Below are positions 37,219-47,365 of a stretch of DNA of 64,000 nucleotides, piece after piece; within the stretch, counting starts at the first letter, position 1, and each line of letters begins with the position of its first letter. This DNA is from Myxococcales bacterium (GTDB lineage Bacteria; Myxococcota; UBA727; GCA-2721815): assembly GCA_002721815.1 (NCBI GenBank), contig PBLQ01000021.1:65460-129459 (forward strand), written 5' to 3'. A program made the translations under genes and the position numbers. The notes below the pieces were generated by a model. The model was not told where the DNA came from, made no database searches, and was given only the letters and a program-made list of their open reading frames with translations.

Positions 37219-38136
37219 TTGAGTTTTCGGTTGATATTTTTAATGTGGATGTTGTGGTGCCCGAGCCCCGCAGCTTTCTCAGATGCAACTGATGATTCCG
37301 GTTCCCAACCCGAAACGGTCGTCCCGGTAGAGGGCCACGAGGCTTCAGCTTGCGACGAAACAAAGAACCCCTGTAGCCCATCCGAAAAATGTTTAACCCT
37401 TTTCCACCAATCTGGCAAAGGGCAACAGCGCGCGTGCTATGCACAGTGTAGCTCGCCAAAAACGGATTGTACTTTATCAACCGGAGAGCCAGGTGAGTGC
37501 ACCGCTTGGTCGGACCAAGGTCTGATTTGTGTGGGGCGCGCCAAACAGCACCAAGCCTGTGGCGATGCTCACAACACGCTCTGTGAAAAAGATCTCATGT
37601 GTCTGCAACAGGCAGAAGGGGCCAAAGGTATTTGCGGCCGGGTGTGTGACCCACAAGCATCAGCCACTTGTCAGCAGCCTGATTTGTTTGGAACCCCCTT
37701 TTGCGGCTGCCTCCATGGCGAGGTGTGCTCGGTCTCCCCCATGGTCATTCCCGTACCTGGAACGTCAGCCAAGGATGGCATCTGTACCCAGAACCAGATC
37801 GCTGGCGGTATCTGTGGGGCCTACGATGAAAACAGCGAGTTTCAACTTTGCCCAGACGGACAAGTGTGTGCCCACGCCAGCGAAACGGAAAGCCCCGTCT
37901 GTTGGAGTGAACTTTCCTTGATGGACGAACAGGGTCGCCAAATCACCGAACTCCGTTTGAAAGATGGCACCGCTTTTACCGTGGGCGAAAAGAAACGTCC
38001 TGAAACAGAGCTGATCGAAGACTTGGACAACCAATGTGGCTGCAGCAGTGCCACGCGTCCCTGTACCAACATCGCCAACATCTTGGGTTTTGTTTGGTTC
38101 GGGGGGTGCTGTATGCCTGAAATCTGTTCGCGTTAA
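37219..38136 (+). CDS. Cys-rich secreted protein (about 30 Cys), co-transcribed with the TolC-like gene
   Basis: Signal peptide 'MSFRLIFLMWMLWCPSPAAFS'. Start is 9 nt after the tolC-like stop. Confidence 0.45.
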   Translation: MSFRLIFLMWMLWCPSPAAFSDATDDSGSQPETVVPVEGHEASACDETKNPCSPSEKCLTLFHQSGKGQQRACYAQCSSPKTDCTLSTGEPGECTAWSDQGLICVGRAKQHQACGDAHNTLCEKDLMCLQQAEGAKGICGRVCDPQASATCQQPDLFGTPFCGCLHGEVCSVSPMVIPVPGTSAKDGICTQNQIAGGICGAYDENSEFQLCPDGQVCAHASETESPVCWSELSLMDEQGRQITELRLKDGTAFTVGEKKRPETELIEDLDNQCGCSSATRPCTNIANILGFVWFGGCCMPEICSR

Positions 38137-38138
38137 TC

Positions 38139-39605
38139 TTATTGAATTTCGCTGGCTGCCCTTACCAAATCCTGAAAAAAGGCCACGTACGCTTTGTAAT
38201 TTTTGATGGAGATGCGTTCATCGATCCCATGAATTCTTTGTCGGTCTCCCGCGGTCATCCAATAGGGCGTGAACCGGTAAATGTTTTTGGTGAGGTCCCG
38301 GTAGTGACGTGAATCGGTGGCCGCGATGAACAATGATGGGGCCACATAAATGTTAGGGTAATGTTGGTTGAGCGTTTTTTCGATGAGCTGGTAGCCTTTG
38401 GCTGAAGTGGGAGAAATGGCTGAGGGCTCTGAGTAAAGTGTGTTAGGGGCCACTTCGATGCGAATGTCATCGTCCTCAATGACTTTTCGGATATGATCTT
38501 TAACCGCTTGCACTGAGTCTTTGGGGTGGACGCGGAAATTAATCACTGCGCGAGCCTCGGTGGGCAACACATTGTCTTTGATGGAGCCGGAAATCATGGT
38601 GGGGGCCGTGGTGGTTCTCACCAATGCGTTTGTCGCGTCTTTACTGGCCAACTGCCCGGTAACAAGCCCATCAAAAAGCCACAGATTGCTAAAGAGAAAG
38701 CTCTGAGGAAAGGGCATGTGCGCACCGAGCGTTTCGAAGAGTTCTCTGACGGGACCATCTAAAGCGGGCTCGAGAGGGTTATCTTGAATTTTCACAATGG
38801 CAGCGGCGAGTTTGGTCACAGCGGTTTCATTGGGAGGCATGGAGGAGTGCCCCCCCATACCCGGTGCGATCAACTCTAAGCTCACATATCCTTTTTCGGC
38901 CACACCAATGAGAGCCACGGGCCGTTGCAAACCATCGATGATGCCGTCGGCAATGACCATGCCCTCATCGTGCACCCATTCGAACGCGACACCTCTTTCT
39001 TTGAGCCGCTTTGCAATTTTTTGGTTGCCGTCGCGACCGCCGGTTTCTTCATCCTGGCCAAAGGCAAAGTAAATTGTTCTTTGGGGTTGGTGTTTTTGTT
39101 CAAGCAAAATTTCGGCCGTTTCACACAAGGCCATGACCATGGATTTCACATCGATGGCACCCCGACCCCAGATGTGCGTTTGATCGATGTGGCCTGAAAA
39201 CGGTGGGTGGGTCCATTGTGCCAATTCGATGTCGGGGATGGGTACCACGTCTTGATGGGCCATGAATAACACCGGCTTAAGCTTCGGGTTGCTCCCTTCC
39301 CATTTGTAAAGCAAACCGTGTTGACCATGTTTCTCTTTGTGGAGACGTTCATGCATGAGCGGGTAGGTTTGTGCGAGGAATGTTTCGAACCGATCAAATT
39401 CGTCGTGGGGAAAGTCTTTGGGGTCTTGGGTCGAAATGGTGGGAATGGCCAGTGCGGCGGCCAATCGTTCGTGAATGGTGGCTGGACGTGGCGGCGGCGT
39501 GTTTGTTTCAGGTGCAACTGAGGCGGGTGGGGCATCGGGGGTTTGTGCCATGGCGAACGGGGCCAACAAACCGAGGGTGGCAAAGAGCGCAAAGAGCTTT
39601 TTCAT
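38139..39605 (-). CDS. M20-family metallopeptidase (secreted dipeptidase/carboxypeptidase-like)
   Basis: 'MAHQDVVP', 'GRGAIDVKS', 'GQDEETGG', 'GGH' metal-ligand blocks of peptidase M20. Signal peptide. Confidence 0.75.
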   Translation of the reverse strand: MKKLFALFATLGLLAPFAMAQTPDAPPASVAPETNTPPPRPATIHERLAAALAIPTISTQDPKDFPHDEFDRFETFLAQTYPLMHERLHKEKHGQHGLLYKWEGSNPKLKPVLFMAHQDVVPIPDIELAQWTHPPFSGHIDQTHIWGRGAIDVKSMVMALCETAEILLEQKHQPQRTIYFAFGQDEETGGRDGNQKIAKRLKERGVAFEWVHDEGMVIADGIIDGLQRPVALIGVAEKGYVSLELIAPGMGGHSSMPPNETAVTKLAAAIVKIQDNPLEPALDGPVRELFETLGAHMPFPQSFLFSNLWLFDGLVTGQLASKDATNALVRTTTAPTMISGSIKDNVLPTEARAVINFRVHPKDSVQAVKDHIRKVIEDDDIRIEVAPNTLYSEPSAISPTSAKGYQLIEKTLNQHYPNIYVAPSLFIAATDSRHYRDLTKNIYRFTPYWMTAGDRQRIHGIDERISIKNYKAYVAFFQDLVRAASEIQ

Positions 39606-39844
39606 TTTTGTTTCCCATGAAAGAAAAGGTCTGGATCAGGTGCAAAAGGGGGTTGGTAGTTGTCGGGGACTGTTTGAAGTGCATTTGCGTGAAGGTCTAC
39701 ATAGGTATCGGTGTGATAAAAATAAACCCAATAGGTGGCCTCAGGCAACGGGTGGTGGGGCTGAACGATGCGTCCGTAGCCCCATTGGGGGTGTTGGACC
39801 GATAAAACCAGTTGGTGAATTTCATACTCAGCCGATGCGGTCAC
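39602..39844 (-). CDS. small hypothetical protein coupled between GDPD and M20 peptidase genes
   Basis: 80-aa ORF with 4-bp overlaps at both ends (ATGA-type coupling). Confidence 0.45.
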   Translation of the reverse strand: MTASAEYEIHQLVLSVQHPQWGYGRIVQPHHPLPEATYWVYFYHTDTYVDLHANALQTVPDNYQPPFAPDPDLFFHGKQK

Positions 39845-40728
39845 AGAGACTCCCTTTCGAGAAATTCGAGTAAGCGTTGGGGATGGTCGGTGAAGATGCC
39901 ATCCACGCCCAGTTTCTCCACGACATAAAACTGCCAGGAACTGTTGAGCGTGTAAACGTGAATTTTGAGTCCTGCCTCATGCCAAGCACTGACGTTCCAC
40001 GGGGTACAAGAGAGGCTGTGCACGCCGACACCGTAGGCATCGACGGCTTGGGCATGGCTGATCAAACCTGCTCGGCCTAAGGAGGCCACTTTCATGGGCA
40101 CCACCAACAAAACACGGGGCACATCGGGAGCGATGACGCGAAATCGTTCAAGGCTCTCTGGTTCGAAAGATTGAACCAAGACACGCGGCGGACCGCTGGT
40201 TTTGGCCATTGGCAACCAGCCGTACTGCTTAAGCAAGGCCACCAATTCTATTTCAATATTGGGATGTGCGTGGGCCCGCTTGGTTTCAAGGTAAAGCCCC
40301 GGGCCTGTGTTCGGGTCGAGCTTTTCGAGAAGGTCTTCCAGTCGTAATATTCTTGCTTGGTCAAACCTCTTTTGAGCCTTATCTTTGTAGGTAATGTTAA
40401 ACCATTTACCCGAACTGAGTTGGGAGAGCTCAGCCCAGGTAAACGTTTCAATGGGCTGGTTTCGTCGATGTGGAAAGAACAGTTCAACATCGGTATCAGC
40501 CCCCAAAGATGCATCGTGAAAAATTACCAAGTGACCATCTTGGGTGCGTTGAACATCACCTTCTAAATAATCCACTGGTAACTTGAGCGCTTCTTCATAA
40601 GCGAAGACAGAGCTTTCTGGGGCAATCCCAGATGCGCCACGGTGGGCCGTCACCACCATGGGGTTGTTTTGGGTGCTACAAGCCATGGACAATGTAGCCA
40701 TGAGCATGAGGCCGCCAAGCTGCATCAT
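39841..40728 (-). CDS. glycerophosphodiester phosphodiesterase (GlpQ/UgpQ family)
   Basis: 'VTAHRGASGIAPESS', 'EGDVQRTQDGHLVIFHD' GDPD catalytic blocks. Signal peptide. Confidence 0.8.
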   Translation of the reverse strand: MMQLGGLMLMATLSMACSTQNNPMVVTAHRGASGIAPESSVFAYEEALKLPVDYLEGDVQRTQDGHLVIFHDASLGADTDVELFFPHRRNQPIETFTWAELSQLSSGKWFNITYKDKAQKRFDQARILRLEDLLEKLDPNTGPGLYLETKRAHAHPNIEIELVALLKQYGWLPMAKTSGPPRVLVQSFEPESLERFRVIAPDVPRVLLVVPMKVASLGRAGLISHAQAVDAYGVGVHSLSCTPWNVSAWHEAGLKIHVYTLNSSWQFYVVEKLGVDGIFTDHPQRLLEFLERESL

Positions 40729-42923
40729 GCGGGATGAAACCGTTCGCCCTTTTTCGCCATGTCCACCAGCATTTGCGCAGGTGTGTAACGGGCACCGAAC
40801 TCATCTTCTAAGGTTTTGAGTTGGCGGACCACCTCTGAAACCCCTTCGCTGTCCACATGTCGGAATGGCCCGCCACGCATGGGGGGAAATCCAAGACCAA
40901 ACACGGCGCCGATATCTCCTTCAACAGGGCTGAAGAGAATGCCTTCTTGCAAGCACAAGACCGCTTCATTGACGAAGCGGAGCGCCATGCGCTGTTGAAC
41001 CCGCGCCGGGTCATGATTGTGTTTGCCTTCAATGCGATACTGGTTCACCACCTTCATGGCTTCGGGATTGATGGGTTTGCGGTTCTTAACGCCAAAAGGT
41101 TTGCCTAAGGTACTTTTGATCTTTTCTAAAGGCATGCCTTTGTTTTGTTGGGCCCCGTAAAGGAAAAAACCTTTTTGGGATTTACGACCGTGGGCACCCG
41201 TTTCAACCAGGGCTTGCACGGCACGGGGATCAGCCGAGACCACGCGCTCACCAAATGCGGCACCCAAATCTTTGGATACATGGGCACCCACATCGAGACC
41301 CACTTCATCGAGCAAGGTCACCGGCCCAACCGGAAAACCATATTTCTTCATGATGGTGTCAAGGTCGTAAGGGTTGATGCCTTCGGCGAGTAGGATCGCT
41401 GATTCGTCCATGTATGGGGCGAGAATACGCGTGGTGTAAAAGCCAGGACCGTCTTTTACCACAATCACCGTTTTACCTTGTCGAATACCGTAATCGACTG
41501 CCGTTGCCGCAGCATTTTCACTGGTCTCATCGGTTTTAATCACCTCGAGCAAAGGCATTTTTTCAACGGGTGAAAAGTAGTGCATGCCCACCACATTCTC
41601 GGGCCGTTTGCTGCCTTTGGCAATATCGGCAATGGGTAAGGCGGATGTGTTGGTCGCAAAGATGCAGTCTTCATTGATGTGCTCTTCGAGTTCTTGGATG
41701 ACCCGGTGCTTCAATGCCAAATCTTCAAAAACAGCCTCCACCACCAGTTCGCAATTTTCAAAACCGGTGTAGTTCACTTGCCCGATGACTTGTGACATCA
41801 AACGGTCGCGCTCAAAGGCGCTGATGGCTTTGCGTTTGGTTTTCTTGTTGAGAACGCTGTAGATTTGTTTTTTACCTTTACCAAGGTTTTCTTGGCTGAT
41901 GTCTTTGAGCAGTACCCGAGTCCCTTTTTGGACACTCACCAACCCAATACCGGCGCCCATGAGTCCCGCACCCAGAATCCCTAAGGTTTTAACCGCATGG
42001 TCCGGCTTTCCGAATCGGTTCTTTTTGCAGGTTTGTTGTCCAAAGAACAAAGACATGAGCGAGCCACAAGCCGGGGTTTGGGACAGTTCGGCAAACTTTT
42101 CACTCTCCATGTTAAACCCAGCCCGAATGCCACGTTTGTAGCCGTGTTCCACCACGTCAAGAATGGCGAGCGGTGAAGGGTAAAGGCCTTGGGTTTGTTT
42201 GAGGACCATACTGCGTGCTTGGCGAAACAATAGCGCACGACCAGGCGGGGTGTCTTCCAGGGCCTTTTGTTGCGCGGTGGGCTCTCGTTTGCGGGTTTTT
42301 AATTGGCCGCTGACCAATTTTTGTGCGGCCTGAATGGCCACGTGTTTGAGGCCAATGGGGGAAACCACAGTGTCTACCAAACCCAATTTTTTTGCTTTGG
42401 CAGGGCGGATGTTGCGACCGGTAAGCATCATATCAAGTGCAGCTTGAATTCCGATCAGCCGTGGCAGCCTTTGGGTACCTCCTGCGCCCGGCAGTAAGCC
42501 GAGCATGACTTCGGGAAGCGCCAATACGGTTTTGGCGTGCTGGGTGGCGATGCGGTAATGGCAAGCCAGTGCCAGTTCAAGGCCACCGCCCATGCAGGCC
42601 CCATGGATGGCAGCGATGATGGGCTTTGGGCTGCTTTCGAGGCGGTCGAAAAAAGCTTGGCCGTTTTGGCTCAAGGTCTTGATGGCTTCTGCATTGGCCG
42701 CGTTGCTGAGTTCGTCGATATCGGCACCCGCAACAAAGCAGTCTTCTTTGCCAGAGATGATCACCACAGCTTCCACGGCATTGTCTTCCGCCTGCTTGAA
42801 TGCTTCTTCGAACTCTCCCGAAAGCGTGGAGGTGAGCTTGTTCACTTTTTCACCTTGGAGATCTAAGGTAACCACCAAAATATTTTCAATGACTTCACTG
42901 TGAATGTTTTTCATGTTTTGCAT
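40725..42923 (-). CDS. fadJ: fatty-acid oxidation complex alpha subunit (enoyl-CoA hydratase/3-hydroxyacyl-CoA dehydrogenase; FadJ/FadB-like)
   Basis: Crotonase fold block 'AAIHGACMGGGLELALACHYRIA' followed by NAD-binding 'LGILGAGLMGAGI' and HCDH C-domains. Start moved to 'MQNMKNIHSE', just downstream of the thiolase gene. Confidence 0.85.
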   Translation of the reverse strand: MQNMKNIHSEVIENILVVTLDLQGEKVNKLTSTLSGEFEEAFKQAEDNAVEAVVIISGKEDCFVAGADIDELSNAANAEAIKTLSQNGQAFFDRLESSPKPIIAAIHGACMGGGLELALACHYRIATQHAKTVLALPEVMLGLLPGAGGTQRLPRLIGIQAALDMMLTGRNIRPAKAKKLGLVDTVVSPIGLKHVAIQAAQKLVSGQLKTRKREPTAQQKALEDTPPGRALLFRQARSMVLKQTQGLYPSPLAILDVVEHGYKRGIRAGFNMESEKFAELSQTPACGSLMSLFFGQQTCKKNRFGKPDHAVKTLGILGAGLMGAGIGLVSVQKGTRVLLKDISQENLGKGKKQIYSVLNKKTKRKAISAFERDRLMSQVIGQVNYTGFENCELVVEAVFEDLALKHRVIQELEEHINEDCIFATNTSALPIADIAKGSKRPENVVGMHYFSPVEKMPLLEVIKTDETSENAAATAVDYGIRQGKTVIVVKDGPGFYTTRILAPYMDESAILLAEGINPYDLDTIMKKYGFPVGPVTLLDEVGLDVGAHVSKDLGAAFGERVVSADPRAVQALVETGAHGRKSQKGFFLYGAQQNKGMPLEKIKSTLGKPFGVKNRKPINPEAMKVVNQYRIEGKHNHDPARVQQRMALRFVNEAVLCLQEGILFSPVEGDIGAVFGLGFPPMRGGPFRHVDSEGVSEVVRQLKTLEDEFGARYTPAQMLVDMAKKGERFHPA

Positions 42924-42937
42924 TGTAAGGGTCTTTC

Positions 42938-44281
42938 TTAGGCTTCGGGGTGTTTGAGAAGGATGGCCGAACCTTGTCCGCCAGCCGCACAACCACTCAC
43001 CACGGCGTAGCGCCCGCCATTTTCTTGGAGTCGTCGAGCGGCGGTGTTGAGCAAGCGTCCGCCCGTTGCCCCGAAAGGATGGCCCAGTGACAGGGAGCCA
43101 CCCCAAACATTCAATTTATCCAAAGGAATTTCGCCAACGGGGGCATCCATGCCCAGTCGGTTCTCGGCGAAATCTTTGGAAGCCAAGCATTTCAGATTAA
43201 AAACCATTTGTGCAGCGAAGGCTTCATGGATTTCCCAAACGTCAATATCGTCCACCTTAAGATTGTTGCGTTGCAGCAGTTTTGGGATGGACATGGCGGG
43301 ACCCATGAGCAGTTCTTCGAGAGGGTCAGCCCCGGTGTAAACTTGATCCACCACAATGGCTTTGGGTTTCAGGCCCAAACTGATGGCTTTGTTTTCTGAG
43401 GCGAACAAGACTGCGGTGGCCCCGTCGGTTAAGAAAGAGGAATTACCCGCGGTAGAAACCCCGAATTGTCGATCGAAGGCCGGCCGCAACTTGGCCAACG
43501 TCTCTGGGGTGGTATCGCCACGAGGTCCGTTGTCTTCAATGACGCTTTTGAAGCTGGGCGGAACATGCACGGTCACCACTTCATCGGCGTACACACCTTC
43601 TTTCCAAGCGGCCACGGCCCGTTGGTGAGACATGGCTGCGTAAGCATCGGTTTCCTCCCGGGTGACCCCCCAGGCTTTCGCCGCACGCTCACAACTTTGA
43701 CCCATGGTGAGGCCGGTGGAGAATTCGGTGGCTGCGGGAATGTCGGGCAAAATGTCTTTGGGACCCAGAGCAGACAGAATCTTGAAATAATCGGCGGGCC
43801 CTTTGGCTTTTTGGGTTTTCACCAGGGCTTGACGCAGATTTTTGGAAAGCCGGATGGGCGGATCAGAGCAGGTATCGGTACCGCCCGCGATGGCCAATTC
43901 CACATTGCCTAACCGAATGGCATCGGTGGCATTGGTGGCGGCCACATTGGCTGAGATACAGGCCATGGTCACGGTGAAAGCCGGAATGTCTTGGGGGATG
44001 CCCGCACCCAAACTGATCTCTCGGGCCACATTGGGGGCTCGCGGGTCAAAAATGACCGTTCCCATGGTCAGCAAGCCGATTTCTTCAGCTGGAACGCCAG
44101 TTTTGGAGAGCAAGCCAGAAACGGCGTGCCGCCCCAAATCATGGGACATTAAAGAGGTATAGGCCCCGTTACTCCTCAAAAATGGGGTTCGAACCCCCTC
44201 CACCAATACGGGGGTGTTGAGCCGGTTATTCGTATTTTTTTTCGGACTCATGTCTTCCTCCTGGTGCATCCGGTGACGCAC
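42938..44281 (-). CDS. fadI: 3-ketoacyl-CoA thiolase (FadI/FadA-like)
   Basis: 'VRTPF', active-site Cys region 'MACISANVAAT', C-terminal 'GCAAGGQGSAILL'. True start may be the downstream Met (MSPKK). Confidence 0.85.
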   Translation of the reverse strand: MRHRMHQEEDMSPKKNTNNRLNTPVLVEGVRTPFLRSNGAYTSLMSHDLGRHAVSGLLSKTGVPAEEIGLLTMGTVIFDPRAPNVAREISLGAGIPQDIPAFTVTMACISANVAATNATDAIRLGNVELAIAGGTDTCSDPPIRLSKNLRQALVKTQKAKGPADYFKILSALGPKDILPDIPAATEFSTGLTMGQSCERAAKAWGVTREETDAYAAMSHQRAVAAWKEGVYADEVVTVHVPPSFKSVIEDNGPRGDTTPETLAKLRPAFDRQFGVSTAGNSSFLTDGATAVLFASENKAISLGLKPKAIVVDQVYTGADPLEELLMGPAMSIPKLLQRNNLKVDDIDVWEIHEAFAAQMVFNLKCLASKDFAENRLGMDAPVGEIPLDKLNVWGGSLSLGHPFGATGGRLLNTAARRLQENGGRYAVVSGCAAGGQGSAILLKHPEA

Positions 44282-44459
44282 TGCGCTATAACACTTTGGG
44301 ATCTCCCAATTTGCGGGGAAAGTGTCAAGATTACCAGGAATGTTTTGGTTTTTTTAATGCTTTTAACCCTTGGGAGCCCTCAAAAAACAGGCCTGAAAAT
44401 GGGCAGCTCCGTAGCGAGATGACGAAATTATGGATGAATGGCCCCATTTGAGGGCGTAA

Positions 44460-46298
44460 ATGACAGGACAACGAATGAGCAGCACGCAGCATTACAAAAG
44501 CAACCTTAGAGACATTCAGTTCAACTTGTTTGAGTTTCAGAAAGTGCAGGACTTCGCATTGGGCAAGGGCCCCTACGCGAACATGGATTTTGAGACCAGC
44601 AAAGACATTTTGACGAACTTTGAAGCCATGTGCCGGGAAGAATTTGCGAGCTCATTTGTAGAGTCTGATCGGGTGCCCATTCAACTGGACAAAGAAGGCA
44701 ATGTGACCCTGCCAGAAGGCCTGACCAAAACCATCGAACTTTTTTATGAGCAACAGTGGAACCTTTTGGAGTTGCCGGAGCATTTGGGTGGGTATGGCAT
44801 TCCGCGCTCGGTGTACTGGGCTTCTTTCGAACTCATCGTAGGCGCCAATCCCGCCGCCTGTTTTTACCTGCTGGGCAACTTCATCCCGGTGATTGTGGAT
44901 CGTTTGGGAACCGAGTCCCAGAAAAAACGTTTTGTGCAGCCCTCATTGGACAACCACTGGGGCGGAACCATGGTTCTCACGGAACCCGGAGCCGGCAGTG
45001 ATGTTGGGGCAGGACGCACCAAGGCCACCCACATTGAAGATGATGTGTATGAAATCGAAGGTGTGAAGCGTTTCATCACCAACGGCGACTTTAACGGCAC
45101 CGATAATATCCTACATCTCGTGTTGGCGCGGCCGGAAGGTGCAGGGCCAGGCACGAAAGGCCTGTCTTTGTTTGTGGTCCCCAAATTCTGGGTGAACGAA
45201 GACGGCTCCTTGGGCGATCGCAACGGCGCTTTCTGCACCAACATCGAAGACAAGATGGGCTTGAAAGGGTCGGCCACGTGCGAGATGACTTTTGGTGGGG
45301 ATATTCCTTGTCGAGGTGTTTTGTTGGGCGAAGTTCATGAAGGCATTCGTCAAATGTTCCATGTGATCGAATATGCACGCATGGGCGTCGGGGTGAAATC
45401 GGCCGCCACGCTCTCAACCGCATACCTCAACGCTTTGGAATATGCGAAAGACCGTGTGCAGGGGCCGGACCTCAAAAACATGCTCGACAAGTCCGCGCCG
45501 AAGGTGACCATCATCAACCACCCCGATGTGCGCCGCAACCTCATGCAGCAAAAAGCTTATAGTGAAGGTTTCCGCGCGCTCAATATTTGGACGGCAACCT
45601 TGAAAGACAAGGCGGCGCTTGCGGAAGCGGCCGGTGAAGAAAAACAGGCCAAAGACTTGGACAAGCAAAACGACTTGTTGTTGCCTTTGGTTAAAGGGTT
45701 CGCATCGGAAAAAGTGTTCACCTTGCTTTCTGACGCGCTGCAAGTTCTCGGTGGCTCCGGCTACTGCAAAGACTATCCGCACGAGCAATACATTCGTGAT
45801 CAAAAAATAGATACCTTGTATGAGGGCACCACCCACATGCAGGCGCTGGATCTCATCTTCAGAAAAATCATGCGCGACAATGGTGAGCAGCTGCGCAACA
45901 TCATGGGTGATATGGCCAACACCTTGGCCAGCGAAGAAGGGGGCGAGGCGTTGGCCGAAGAACGCATGGCGCTGGGCAAAGCCATGGCCGCCGTGCAGGG
46001 CATGCTAGAATCCATGTTGCCTAAGGCCATGGAGTCGGTTTACCACGTGGGGCTGCATGCCAACCGCATTCTCTTTTCGGTGGGCGATACCTTTTTGGGC
46101 TGGTTGCTCATTCGCCAAGCCGCGGTGGCCGCCGAAGCATTACCCAACGCGGTGGGCGATGACGTGGCCTTTTACCAAGGTAAAATCGCAGCGGCGAAGT
46201 TTTTCGCCCAAGAGCGTTTGCCCGAGGTGGTCTGTAATCAAAAGGTGATCGCGGGCAGCGTGCTCGATGTGATGGAGCTGGACGAAGCGGCTTTCTAA
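44460..46298 (+). CDS. long-chain acyl-CoA dehydrogenase (about 600 aa, with extra C-terminal domain), paralog 1
   Basis: 'GTMVLTEPGAGSDVGA', 'FITNGDF' ACAD motifs and a C-terminal helical extension. Near-colinear with the ORF at 50631..52454. Likely true start ATG is at 44475. Confidence 0.85.
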   Translation: MTGQRMSSTQHYKSNLRDIQFNLFEFQKVQDFALGKGPYANMDFETSKDILTNFEAMCREEFASSFVESDRVPIQLDKEGNVTLPEGLTKTIELFYEQQWNLLELPEHLGGYGIPRSVYWASFELIVGANPAACFYLLGNFIPVIVDRLGTESQKKRFVQPSLDNHWGGTMVLTEPGAGSDVGAGRTKATHIEDDVYEIEGVKRFITNGDFNGTDNILHLVLARPEGAGPGTKGLSLFVVPKFWVNEDGSLGDRNGAFCTNIEDKMGLKGSATCEMTFGGDIPCRGVLLGEVHEGIRQMFHVIEYARMGVGVKSAATLSTAYLNALEYAKDRVQGPDLKNMLDKSAPKVTIINHPDVRRNLMQQKAYSEGFRALNIWTATLKDKAALAEAAGEEKQAKDLDKQNDLLLPLVKGFASEKVFTLLSDALQVLGGSGYCKDYPHEQYIRDQKIDTLYEGTTHMQALDLIFRKIMRDNGEQLRNIMGDMANTLASEEGGEALAEERMALGKAMAAVQGMLESMLPKAMESVYHVGLHANRILFSVGDTFLGWLLIRQAAVAAEALPNAVGDDVAFYQGKIAAAKFFAQERLPEVVCNQKVIAGSVLDVMELDEAAF

Positions 46299-46317
46299 CG
46301 CCCCCCCCGGACTCACT

Positions 46318-46347
46318 TAAAAGCCGCCCTCGGGGCGGTTTTTTTTG
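46318..46347 (+). terminator. rho-independent terminator after ACAD paralog 1 (copy A of a repeated element)
   Basis: GCCGCCCTCGGGGCGG hairpin followed by T8. Lies 20 nt after the stop. Confidence 0.7.
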
Positions 46348-46442
46348 TCCAATGTCGATTTGGCGTTTCCACAGTCGCTGTGCTTGTGAACACCCTGCGA
46401 ATTTGTGTAGGCTTTTCGTAACTATAATTTTGGGGAGCGCAC

Positions 46443-47360
46443 ATGGGGCGATGTTTTTTTTGGGTGATGCTGTGTGGTTTTTGGCTGCCACTTCAGGCGC
46501 AGGCGCAGGCACAGGCGGTAGAAAAACCCCGATTGTTGTTTTTAGATTTAAACGCCATTTTAATGGATACCGATGAGGTCACCATTTTAACCAAATTGGT
46601 GGGGGCTGAGTTGGGCGGTTACTCTGAATACAGTGTGATCACTTCATCTGATTTGCGGCAAATGGCCGCCCTTGAAGCCGAAAAGCAAACCATGGGCTGT
46701 ACCGACAGTTCTTGTTTGGCCGAGTTGGCTGGTGCCATGGGGGCCCGGTACGTGGTGTTTGGCGATGTGGGCAAGTTGGGAGAGAAAATCATTCTCACCC
46801 TCAACCTTTTTGATTCCCAAGAAGCCAAATCCGTAGGCCGTGGCGTACTCAAGGCCAAAGACATGGGTGAGATCGCCGACAAGCTTTCCAACACGCTGCA
46901 CCAAATGCTGCGGCCCAACACGCCGTTGCCGGTTGATGAATCGCCCGTGATGCAAGCTGCGGTCACCACACCGAGCGAGCCAGCGCCCCCGGTGAAACAA
47001 GCTGCGCAAGAAACAACGCCCCCGGCGCCCGAGGAATCAGCGCCAGCAACGGTGGCGCCTGGCAATGCTTTTCCTTGGGTGCGTGTGCTCAGCGCCTCAG
47101 TGGTGGCTGCAGCGGGTGCCGGATTGGCTTTGGGGTGGGGCCTGCCTGCTTACCTCGAGGTGGCAGACAAACAAGGGGTGGTGGACGCGGTCAAAGCCGC
47201 CGGCGATGATGTGTCCCAAACCCAATACGAGGCCATGACCCAAGCGGAAGATGCTTATTTGGCGGGGCCGATGTACGGTCTGATCGGTGGCAGTGTTTTG
47301 GCTGCCGTGGGTGTGGGCTACGCCCTGTGGGTAACCGTGAACGTTTCAACGGAAGAGTAA
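46443..47360 (+). CDS. secreted/membrane-anchored hypothetical protein (signal peptide, about 120-aa globular domain, Pro-rich linker, two C-terminal TM helices)
   Basis: '[25 protein letters not shown]' signal. No family recognised. Confidence 0.5.
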   Translation: MGRCFFWVMLCGFWLPLQAQAQAQAVEKPRLLFLDLNAILMDTDEVTILTKLVGAELGGYSEYSVITSSDLRQMAALEAEKQTMGCTDSSCLAELAGAMGARYVVFGDVGKLGEKIILTLNLFDSQEAKSVGRGVLKAKDMGEIADKLSNTLHQMLRPNTPLPVDESPVMQAAVTTPSEPAPPVKQAAQETTPPAPEESAPATVAPGNAFPWVRVLSASVVAAAGAGLALGWGLPAYLEVADKQGVVDAVKAAGDDVSQTQYEAMTQAEDAYLAGPMYGLIGGSVLAAVGVGYALWVTVNVSTEE

Positions 47361-47365
47361 AAACA

